A DNA stretch of 64,000 bases from Abditibacterium sp. GTDB lineage: Bacteria > Armatimonadota > Abditibacteriia > Abditibacteriales > Abditibacteriaceae. Under the pieces are notes generated by a model that saw nothing but the letters and a program-made list of their open reading frames with translations, was not told where the DNA came from and ran no database searches. Position 1 is the stretch's first letter; each line of letters begins with the position of its first letter. Below are positions 28,683 to 36,782 of this stretch, piece by piece. A program made the position numbers and the translations under genes. Location: positions 3,936,001 to 4,000,000 of the forward strand of contig CBDASK010000003.1 of NCBI GenBank assembly GCA_965199495.1, read 5' to 3'.

Positions 28683-29246
28683 ATGGATATTTCAAATTGG
28701 ATGTGTTGGGAAGGCGGCGTTGATTTAGTCGCGCTGTCTGCCCCGAACTTGCCGATGCCAAACGTCATCGTGCATCTGGCGCGCATGGTTCACACGCCTC
28801 TCGATTCGACGCCTGCGGGCATCGTGATGTTGCCCGACTGGGGCGACGCATCTGCTCCGCCGCGCGTGCTGGGTTTTGTCGCGGGCGATGCTCAAATCGG
28901 CGCCTATTTTGGGCCGCATATCTTCGCCGATACGCCGTTCGAGAACGCGCCGGTTTTGGCCGCGCAGATTGAAATGACCATCGGCGACGATGCAGCCACG
29001 GCGCGCGTGCGCGTCGGCGGTTTCGACATCGAAGTGCGCATGAGCGAACTTTCGGCGCCCTACAAAGTTGACCGCAACGCGGGCGATGGCAACGATTTGC
29101 CGTTTTTCCAGCAGGGCGTCGAGCGTAGCGCTGGCCGTGTCGAGTTGAGCGTCAACGGTCAAGTCGTTCCGCTCACAATTCCATCCGTTGGCCTAACGGG
29201 TGGCCCCGCCGCCGTTGTGGCGCCATGCGGATTGTATGGGCGTTGA
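28683..29246 (+). CDS. Hypothetical protein
   Basis: AAGGAG SD before ATG; typical codon usage; no recognised motif. Confidence 0.7.
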   Translation: MDISNWMCWEGGVDLVALSAPNLPMPNVIVHLARMVHTPLDSTPAGIVMLPDWGDASAPPRVLGFVAGDAQIGAYFGPHIFADTPFENAPVLAAQIEMTIGDDAATARVRVGGFDIEVRMSELSAPYKVDRNAGDGNDLPFFQQGVERSAGRVELSVNGQVVPLTIPSVGLTGGPAAVVAPCGLYGR

Positions 29247-29282
29247 TTTGTGAGCAGTAAACAGCCACTGAATTTACCATCC

Positions 29283-29352
29283 AATAGAATTCGGAGCGGA
29301 AGCGATGCGGAGAACTTAGGTTCGTCGTATCGCTTCCGAGCCTGATTCTATT
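29283..29352. repeat. Imperfect intergenic inverted repeat
   Basis: aatagaat..cggaagcgatgcg..gaac / gttc..cgtatcgcttccg..attctatt. Confidence 0.55.
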
Positions 29353-29485
29353 TTGGTTTGAATCGGAATGAATTTGCTCTGGCGTTATCGCCGTTTTGGA
29401 ATATCATATCTTGAATAATGCTCACCGCCGATTGACAGCCACCGGCAAACAAGACCACACTACGCGCGGTTTTTCGGAATTGGAT

Positions 29486-30163
29486 ATGACGAAACGAAGC
29501 CCTTTTTACAGATCAGTCATCGCTCTGGCGAGCACGCTTGCTCCGGTTTTATTAGTGGGTTGCGGTGGCGGGAACTCTGGGCCATCGGTTCGCCCGACTC
29601 CGCTACCAACGAGTGTGCCCGGCGGCCCCTATCGTCTGCGCGGTGCGCTTGATTTTAGTGGCGCCGCGCCCGGTAGCCCATTCGACGCGGCGGCGCTCAC
29701 GGCCTTCGATGACCTGAGCGACGCGGGGTTTCTGCGCACGCTGACAACCGACGAGGGCGTGTTGCAGTTCGCGCGCTTTAGCGGCAAACGCAGCGCGTTT
29801 GGCCCAACGGCGCGCACGCTCAACGTCGGCATTGGCCTCACTTCCATCGAAGAGAACGAGCGCCCTTATGTGCCGTTTGTGGCGGGGCGGACTTTTGTGC
29901 TAAAGCCGCAGGAGATCAACCAATTTTACAATCTCTATGTGGATGGAGTGCGCATGGATTTGGGTGATGGCACGTTTTACCGCAGCGTGTCGGGGCAAAT
30001 CAAAGTTCTCGCCGTCGGCCCCGATTCGCTGACTTTGGGTTTGACGGGTGTGCGCATGGAAACTCTGCGCGCGGCTCACTTCGATAGTTTTCAGCTCGAT
30101 GGCACGCTCGCCGTCGGCGGGCTGTCGGTGTTTAGTCTGCGCACCCAAGCCGCGAAAAACTAA
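29486..30163 (+). CDS. Lipoprotein, module B only
   Basis: MTKR...VLLVG-CGGG; YRSVSGQIKV...DSFQLDGTL. Confidence 0.75.
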   Translation: MTKRSPFYRSVIALASTLAPVLLVGCGGGNSGPSVRPTPLPTSVPGGPYRLRGALDFSGAAPGSPFDAAALTAFDDLSDAGFLRTLTTDEGVLQFARFSGKRSAFGPTARTLNVGIGLTSIEENERPYVPFVAGRTFVLKPQEINQFYNLYVDGVRMDLGDGTFYRSVSGQIKVLAVGPDSLTLGLTGVRMETLRAAHFDSFQLDGTLAVGGLSVFSLRTQAAKN

Positions 30164-30184
30164 ATTTTGGCAGTCCTCAACTCT

Positions 30185-31105
30185 ATGTTTCCTTCTCGTT
30201 CTCTGCGGTTTTGCACTCTCGCCGCGATCCCGATTTTGTCTTTATCTTTGGCCAGTTGTGGCGGCGGTGGCTCTAATTTGCCTTCGCCTCTGCCAATCGC
30301 GACGCTGGCGCCGCCGCCGCGTTATGTTTCCCAAACGACCGAATCGTTCGATAACCAACAGTTCACGCTTGTAAATGGGCAAATTTTCACCTTTAATTTG
30401 CAAACCTACGCGGGCGAAACGCGGATTTCGGGATCGGGCACAATCGCTGGTTTCGGGCCACCCGGTTCGCCCCAACCAGGCCGACTCGGCTTCGAGGGAC
30501 AGCGCACCGGGCCGCGCGAGTTCGAGGCGCAGTTGGATGCCTCGCTTGGCTTTCTCAAGGCGCGACTGGCGACCGCGACTGATCCGGGTTCGTTCACTTA
30601 TTTAACGCGCGATAGCAGCGAAAGCGGCGTCATTGTGCCGACTGCACAGGCCCAGCCCACGCCAACTCCACCGCCGAGCGCACAAACCGCGCAGGTGCAG
30701 GTCACGATCAGCGCTTCGAGCGATTCCAACTATCGCCAGACGCCGTTAGACAATGGGGGCATCGAACGGACTTCGGCCACAACGCTGAGCGGTGGCCTCA
30801 CTGGAAGTACGAGTTCAACAGGCACTTCAACCTATTTAAGTTTCGACGATTTGCCTTTGCGCGTCGGCGCCCAGTTGAACGGTGCGACTGGGCGACCGAT
30901 TTACCTGTCGAACAGCGAATATCGCGGCGAAAACCGCAATTATCAGGCGCGTTCGGGCACAATCGAAGTCGTGGCTATCGAAGGCGATAAGGTTACAATT
31001 CGGTTCAATGACCTGATCTATGTGCCCGCGCCGCCGTTCAATTCGACGCCCAATCCGGCGACTGGCACCCTCAGGCTCAACGGCACCTTGACCGGACGAT
31101 TCTGA
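30185..31105 (+). CDS. Lipoprotein, modules A+B
   Basis: LSLAS-CGGG; FTLVNGQ; YQARSGTIEV...GTLRLNGTL. Confidence 0.75.
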   Translation: MFPSRSLRFCTLAAIPILSLSLASCGGGGSNLPSPLPIATLAPPPRYVSQTTESFDNQQFTLVNGQIFTFNLQTYAGETRISGSGTIAGFGPPGSPQPGRLGFEGQRTGPREFEAQLDASLGFLKARLATATDPGSFTYLTRDSSESGVIVPTAQAQPTPTPPPSAQTAQVQVTISASSDSNYRQTPLDNGGIERTSATTLSGGLTGSTSSTGTSTYLSFDDLPLRVGAQLNGATGRPIYLSNSEYRGENRNYQARSGTIEVVAIEGDKVTIRFNDLIYVPAPPFNSTPNPATGTLRLNGTLTGRF

Positions 31106-31148
31106 TGTGCATGGAACAAAGCCACGCCGCCCGCAGTCCAAACGCGCG

Positions 31149-33275
31149 ATGAAACCCTTTTTTCTCTTCGTCGCGCCACTTTGTTTGGCTCCGCTCGCGC
31201 TTTCTTCAACTGCAATGGCCCAAAATAAAACCGAATTACCCCTCCAACAAGTCGTGTTATTTTCCAGCGGCGTCGGCTACTTTTCGCGCGCGGGCGAAAT
31301 TAACAACGACGCGGTTGTTGATCTGACGGTGCGCAAAGGCCAGCTCTCGGATTTGCTCAAATCGTTGGTTTTGTTCGACGAGAAAGGCACCGTCGCGCCG
31401 GTTTCTTATGGCATCGAGGATTATTTGGGCACGCGCGTTTTGGGCGACGATTTGAATTTGCCCGATAGCGCCACGCCGGGCGCGATTCTCAAAACGTTTC
31501 GCGGCGCGACGGTTGTTTTGTCGTTGCGCGGCGGCGGCAAAGTCGAAGGCCGCATCGCTTCGGTTTCGACGCGTCAAATTCTGGGCGATAAAGGCGCGAT
31601 TAGCGTCGAAGTCGCCAACGTCTTGACGGCCACTGGCCTTCGCAGCGTGGATTTAAGCGAGGTCGAATCGTTTCAATTCGCCGATGCCGCATTACAAGCG
31701 AAGTTCGTCGGCGCTTTGGAAAAGAGCGCCGGATTGCTAACGACGCAACTCGATGACGGCGCGCGCAGCGTGACTTTGCGGTTCAACGGCAAAGGCAAAC
31801 GCCGGGCGCGAGCGGGTTATTTGTTGGAAATGCCGGTCTGGAAAACCAGTTATCGTCTGGTTTTGGACGACGCCAAAAAGCCGTTTTTGCAGGGCTGGGC
31901 GATTGTCGAAAACCCGACCGACGCCGATTGGAAAGAGGTCAATTTGAGTTTGGTCGCCGGGCGCCCGATTTCGTTCATTCAGAATTTGGCGATCCCAATT
32001 TACGTGACGCGGCCCATCGTGCAAAGCGAGATTCCCAACGCGAGTTTCACGCCGCAGACATTTGGCGATGGTTTGGGCGGGCAAAACGGCGGCGTTGCGC
32101 AGGGTTTAATTTATGATAATCCACTGGACGCGCGAATGTCAAAAGGAGAAAGTCGCGCCGTGGCTCCCTCTCCCAGGGTATTTGGGGGGCAGGGCGGCGG
32201 TAGCTTTGGCGGCGGTAGCTTTAACGGCCCCGCTGGCCCCGCCGGGCCAATGGGTGCGCGCGACGAGATGTCGCAAATTACCAACATTTCGAGCATCGCG
32301 GCGCAGGCCAGCGCCGCCGATGCGGGCGAATTGTTCGTTTACGCGCTCGACCAAAAGCTGACTTTGCCGCACGGCAAAGCGGCGATGGTGCCGATTATTT
32401 CGCGCGATGTCGCGGGTGATGCGCTTTCGATTGTCAATAACTTTGGCGGCATCGGCAACCAAGTCGCGCAAAACGGCTTTCGCCTGAAAAACGATTCCGA
32501 TTTGCGTTTGAGCGGCGGCCCCATCACGGTTTATCAGGGCGGCATTTACGGCGGCGACGCGCGCTTGGACGGACTTTCGCCGCGCGATTCCAAGCTCATC
32601 GCTTATGGCATTGACTTGGATTTGGTCGTCAAGCGCGAAAACGATGAGAACAGCGCGCAGTTGCTGCAAATTATCGCCAACAAAGGCGTGCTGATCCAGC
32701 GCTTTCAGAATTTTCTGACGCAAAATTACGCGCTGAAAAACAAAGCCGCCAAAGCCAAAACCGTGTTGCTCCAACAACCAGCCACGTCGGGTTGGGATTT
32801 GATTGACGCCAAACAGCGCGACGAGAAATCCACCGAAGGCGACCGTTTCAAAATCGAACTGAAGCCGGGCGAAGCGCGCGATTATCCGATCAAATGGCAG
32901 CGCACCACCAGCGAAACCATCGCGATTGGCGATTTCGACTTTGCCAATTTGGATATTTATCTGCGCGACAAGCAAATCGCGCCCGAACTCAAAGCCAAAC
33001 TCGAAATCGTCGGCGCGGCCAAAGCGCGCGTGCAGGATTTGCAACGCCAGATTGACGCGCAAAAAGCCGCGCTCAAAGACATCGGCGAAGATCAGGCGCG
33101 CTTGCGCGAAAACATGAAAGTGCTGGACAAAACCAGCGCTCTCTATCAAACCTATGCCAAAAAGCTGGGCGCACAGGAAGATAAAATCATCGCCATTGAC
33201 GCCGAAATTGATCGTTTGCAGACCGCGCAGAAAACCGCGCAAAGCGCGTTGGACAAAGCGATTGCGGAACTTTAG
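31149..33275 (+). CDS. DUF4139-family exported protein with C-terminal coiled coil
   Basis: VVLFSSGVGYF, DLLKSL, PVWKTSYRL, LQGWAIVEN.T..DW..V.LSLVAGRP, GPITVY. Confidence 0.8.
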   Translation: MKPFFLFVAPLCLAPLALSSTAMAQNKTELPLQQVVLFSSGVGYFSRAGEINNDAVVDLTVRKGQLSDLLKSLVLFDEKGTVAPVSYGIEDYLGTRVLGDDLNLPDSATPGAILKTFRGATVVLSLRGGGKVEGRIASVSTRQILGDKGAISVEVANVLTATGLRSVDLSEVESFQFADAALQAKFVGALEKSAGLLTTQLDDGARSVTLRFNGKGKRRARAGYLLEMPVWKTSYRLVLDDAKKPFLQGWAIVENPTDADWKEVNLSLVAGRPISFIQNLAIPIYVTRPIVQSEIPNASFTPQTFGDGLGGQNGGVAQGLIYDNPLDARMSKGESRAVAPSPRVFGGQGGGSFGGGSFNGPAGPAGPMGARDEMSQITNISSIAAQASAADAGELFVYALDQKLTLPHGKAAMVPIISRDVAGDALSIVNNFGGIGNQVAQNGFRLKNDSDLRLSGGPITVYQGGIYGGDARLDGLSPRDSKLIAYGIDLDLVVKRENDENSAQLLQIIANKGVLIQRFQNFLTQNYALKNKAAKAKTVLLQQPATSGWDLIDAKQRDEKSTEGDRFKIELKPGEARDYPIKWQRTTSETIAIGDFDFANLDIYLRDKQIAPELKAKLEIVGAAKARVQDLQRQIDAQKAALKDIGEDQARLRENMKVLDKTSALYQTYAKKLGAQEDKIIAIDAEIDRLQTAQKTAQSALDKAIAEL

Positions 33276-33282
33276 TATTTGG

Positions 33283-33417
33283 TTGTTCCGTAGAGACAGC
33301 GACCGGGTGCCCTTTGGACGGATGTCTAAAACATAAGGCTTGCTTTAGCGTTATAGAAAATGTAACGTTTTTAGACATCCGCCCAAGGGGCACCCGGTCG
33401 CTGTCTCTACGGAACAA
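33283..33417. repeat. REPIN-like element (GTAGAGACA..GACCGGGTGCCCC family, copy 1)
   Basis: ttgttccgtagagacagcgaccgggtgccc..ggacggatgtctaaaa mirrored; same family at 54799. Confidence 0.93.
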
Positions 33418-33485
33418 TCGAGAATCTCTTGCCCATAGCAGCCGCGTCGTCGCAACTTCGCCGTTCGTGTCGCAACGTCGTGCCG

Positions 33486-33652
33486 TTTAATATGATGCGT
33501 TATTTATTGTCGGGCATGAAGCGCGGCGATTGCCCGATTTTCTGAGTTTGGTGTGCGATGGCAACAGTTTCAGCAAAGCCTTCGCGCAACAGTTCGGCGC
33601 GAGCGTGCCCGATTTTTATGAGAGTTCGTATCGCGACACCGCGCGCCAATTG
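33486..33652 (+). pseudogene. Frameshifted 3' remnant of a paralog of the adjacent metallopeptidase
   Basis: FNMMRYLLSGMKRGD/LPDFLSLVCDGNSFSKAFAQQFGASVPDFYESSYRDTARQL aligns without gaps to [56 protein letters not shown]; frameshift at ~33530. Confidence 0.7.
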
Positions 33653-33757
33653 AGCGGGGATGGCTTAAAAAAGGGTTGCAACTCTCTTTCCAAATTTTTG
33701 TCTCTGTTTTGCGAGGATAAGGTTAAAGCCCACTCCGAATTTTTCGGTTAATTACTC

Positions 33758-34909
33758 ATGCGTCGTCTCTGTTTTCTACTTCTGGTATTTTTGATTGGGT
33801 CGGGCGCCGCGCGTGCCCAAACCGATACTTTTTCCCCTGAATTGAAGCCTTTGGCCGAGTTATACGGCAAAGGTTTTAACGATGAATTGGTTTCTAATAT
33901 CAGCGCACGCATTGCAGCCACGGCGCCCGCCGAGCGCCCTCATCCCGATCCACGCCTACTTTATTATCGCGGTTTGGCCTATGCACAAATGGGGTGGCTG
34001 GACGAAGCTAAAGCTGACTTAACGCGCGCGCAAAAAGCGGGTATTTCCAATCTGTGGGGCCAGACCGATGTGAACAAGGAACTGCAATTTCTGGCGCGCC
34101 AGAAAGCGCTGTTGCCACCACATATGGAAGAAGTGCGCGAAGGCGACCGGGTGATTTGCCGGATGTATTACACCGAGATTAACGAGGACACTGCGTTGGT
34201 CAAAGCGACGTTGCGCGATGCTTACCGCATCAACCGCGAGATTTTTGGCACCGATGTTGAGGGGATACCCGTTTACGTCTTTGATGATTTTTCCCAATTT
34301 CTGGCCTTTTATAAGGAGTTGGAAGCGGGCCAAAATCCCGGCAGTTGGGTAGATTGCGTGACCATCGGTGGCAAAAACCTGATCAGTTTGCGCAATGCTC
34401 AGGGCGCTTCGAGGGCCAAGAATAATCCGGGCGAATTCCAAAAAATATTGGTTCACGAGTTCAATCACGCGATGTTTTACCGCCTGATCGGCGCCCGCAA
34501 AGTGCCGGGCTGGTTTACCGAAGGGCTGGCGCAGGTCGCGGGGGCGCGCGAGTATGCAAAGTTCGATGGCGACCAACAAAAAACCTTGAGGCGTATATTC
34601 GCCAACAACGCGCTTTTGTCGTTCGATGAACTTAACGACGAAGCTTCATTCGTTCAACAGGCCGAATCCGGTCTCACACAAAGTCGCGGTCGTGATGCCG
34701 ATTCCGCGCCCGCCCCTTATACGCAGGGTTATAGCATGACGAAATATCTGGTGGATCACGTTTCGCCCGCGCAGTTGCAGAGTTTTCTCAACCGCGTCCG
34801 AGCGTCCGGCGATTTCAAAGCCTCGTTCGACGACGAGTTCGATTTTCCGCTCAAGAAGTTTTACCAATCTTGGGAAATTGATACCGCGAATCAACTCGCA
34901 GTCCAATGA
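33758..34909 (+). CDS. Secreted TPR + zinc metallopeptidase (gluzincin, peptidase MA-like)
   Basis: Signal ARA|Q; YYRGLAY TPR; LVHEFNH...PGWFTEGLA. Confidence 0.8.
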   Translation: MRRLCFLLLVFLIGSGAARAQTDTFSPELKPLAELYGKGFNDELVSNISARIAATAPAERPHPDPRLLYYRGLAYAQMGWLDEAKADLTRAQKAGISNLWGQTDVNKELQFLARQKALLPPHMEEVREGDRVICRMYYTEINEDTALVKATLRDAYRINREIFGTDVEGIPVYVFDDFSQFLAFYKELEAGQNPGSWVDCVTIGGKNLISLRNAQGASRAKNNPGEFQKILVHEFNHAMFYRLIGARKVPGWFTEGLAQVAGAREYAKFDGDQQKTLRRIFANNALLSFDELNDEASFVQQAESGLTQSRGRDADSAPAPYTQGYSMTKYLVDHVSPAQLQSFLNRVRASGDFKASFDDEFDFPLKKFYQSWEIDTANQLAVQ

Positions 34910-35094
34910 ACCTTGGGGGACTGCATTTGCGCCATTTAAAGCGTCGAAGTTGCCGCACACTCAACGGTTGTATTGAACTTTCCAAACCTGATAAATCGGT
35001 GTTGCCTCGTTGTTTCTGTATGGCGCGCGCAATTATACAGCAATCGTTGCCAGCCATAACGCGCGAAAACGTAAACTATCGGTCGGTTATTTCC

Positions 35095-36591
35095 ATGAAC
35101 TCCACCGATAATTCCCTTCCCGCGCAGGCCGACGTTTTGCTGATTGGCGCTGGCATTATGAGCGCGACGCTCGCCGTGATGCTACGCCAATTGCAGCCCG
35201 ATTGGACGATTCAGATCATCGAACGTTTGGACGGCGCCGCCGCCGAAAGTTCCGACGCATGGAACAACGCGGGCACCGGCCACGCCGCGTTTTGCGAGCT
35301 GAATTACACGCCCGAAAAAGAAGACGGCCACGTTGACGTCAGCAAAGCCATCGGCATCTGCGAATCGTTCGATGAATCGCGTCAGTTCTGGTCGTATCTG
35401 GTCGAGCAGGGGGTGTTGCCCGATCCGCAAAGTTTCATTCGCCAGACGCCGCATCTGGCGTTCGTGTGGGGTGCCGACAACGTCGAATACCTGCGCAAAC
35501 GCTACGAAGGCATGAAAGCCATCCCGCTTTTTGGCGACATGGAGTGGAGCGAAGACCCGGCCCAATTAAAAGAATGGATGCCTCTGGTGATGGAAGGCCG
35601 CGACCCCAATCAAAAGGTCGCCGCCACGCGTATGAAAATCGGCACCGACGTAAACTTTGGCGCCTTGACGCGCGCGATGATCGAAGATTTGCGCGCGCAA
35701 GACGGCGTGACGCTGGCGTTCAATCAAGCCGTTATCGGTCTGTGCCGCGATGGCGAGACTTGGAAAATTACCATCAAAGATGAAAAACAGGGCACAGTGC
35801 GACAGGTCAACGCCAAATTCGTCTTTATCGGTGCCGGTGGCTATTCGTTGCCCCTACTACTGAAATCGGGCATTCCCGAAAGCAAAGGCTACGGCGGTTT
35901 TCCGGTTTCGGGCCAGTGGCTCAAATGCACCAATCCCGATGTCATCGCCAAACACGGCGCCAAGGTCTATGGCAAAGCCGCCGTCGGCGCGCCGCCGATG
36001 TCAGTTCCGCACCTCGATACGCGCGTGATTGACGGCGAAAAAGCCTTATTGTTTGGCCCGTATGCCGGGTTTTCGACCAAATATTTGAAGAACGGTTCGT
36101 ATCTCGATTTGCCGCTTTCGATTCGGCCCAGCAATATGTTCCCGATGCTTTCGGTTGGGCGCGACAACATTCCTTTAACCAAATATTTGATTGACCAAGT
36201 GCGCCAATCGCCGCAAGATCGGTTGGAAGCGTTGAAGGATTTCTTGCCCGAAGCGAAATTGGAAGATTGGGAACTCGAAGTCGCCGGACAACGCGTGCAG
36301 ATCATCAAAAAAGACCCGAAACGCGGTGGCACTCTGCAGTTTGGGACGGAAGTTGTGAGCGCCGCCGATGGCAGTCTGGCCGCGCTATTGGGCGCCAGTC
36401 CCGGCGCCTCGACGACAGTTTCGATTATGATGACGCTGATGAAAAAATGCTTTCCCGATAAGTTCGCTTCGGACGCGTGGCAAGCGAAAATCAAGCGAAT
36501 GGTGCCCTCGTTCGGACAGAAGTTGGCCGACGATGCCGCTTTGGTGAAAGAAGTTCGCGAGCGGACGGAAAAAGTTTTGGAATTGGGTTGA
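35095..36591 (+). CDS. mqo: Malate:quinone oxidoreductase
   Basis: [50 protein letters not shown]; start MNSTD at 35095. Confidence 0.96.
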   Translation: MNSTDNSLPAQADVLLIGAGIMSATLAVMLRQLQPDWTIQIIERLDGAAAESSDAWNNAGTGHAAFCELNYTPEKEDGHVDVSKAIGICESFDESRQFWSYLVEQGVLPDPQSFIRQTPHLAFVWGADNVEYLRKRYEGMKAIPLFGDMEWSEDPAQLKEWMPLVMEGRDPNQKVAATRMKIGTDVNFGALTRAMIEDLRAQDGVTLAFNQAVIGLCRDGETWKITIKDEKQGTVRQVNAKFVFIGAGGYSLPLLLKSGIPESKGYGGFPVSGQWLKCTNPDVIAKHGAKVYGKAAVGAPPMSVPHLDTRVIDGEKALLFGPYAGFSTKYLKNGSYLDLPLSIRPSNMFPMLSVGRDNIPLTKYLIDQVRQSPQDRLEALKDFLPEAKLEDWELEVAGQRVQIIKKDPKRGGTLQFGTEVVSAADGSLAALLGASPGASTTVSIMMTLMKKCFPDKFASDAWQAKIKRMVPSFGQKLADDAALVKEVRERTEKVLELG

Positions 36592-36601
36592 AGTCAACTC
36601 T

Positions 36602-36643
36602 AAAAAAAAGCCCGCTCGATTGCGCAATCGAGCGGGCTTTTTT
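36602..36643. terminator. Bidirectional Rho-independent terminator
   Basis: aaaaaaagcccgctcgattgc/gcaatcgagcgggctttttt between convergent genes. Confidence 0.9.
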
Positions 36644-36658
36644 ATTTGTAGCTCCTCG

Positions 36659-36772
36659 TCAGTGGAATTATCATAGTAGCGGGGCTGACGCACCCTTCCA
36701 ATCAATATGCTTTCAAGAAACTCCGCCGATTGGAAGGGTGCGTCAGCCCCGCTACTATGATAATTCCATTGA
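36659..36772. repeat. Inverted-repeat element (GTAGCGGGGCT family, copy 2)
   Basis: tggaattatcatagtagcggggctgacgcacccttccaatc ... gattggaagggtgcgtcagccccgctactatgataattcca. Confidence 0.93.
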
Positions 36773-36782
36773 ATCCCATCTT

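Noticed and set aside
32139..33242. Long antisense ORFs (e.g. 367 aa here, 289 aa at 10499, 301 aa at 38841)
   Set aside because: They mirror well-supported genes on the opposite strand, as is typical of high-GC codon bias, and carry no motifs
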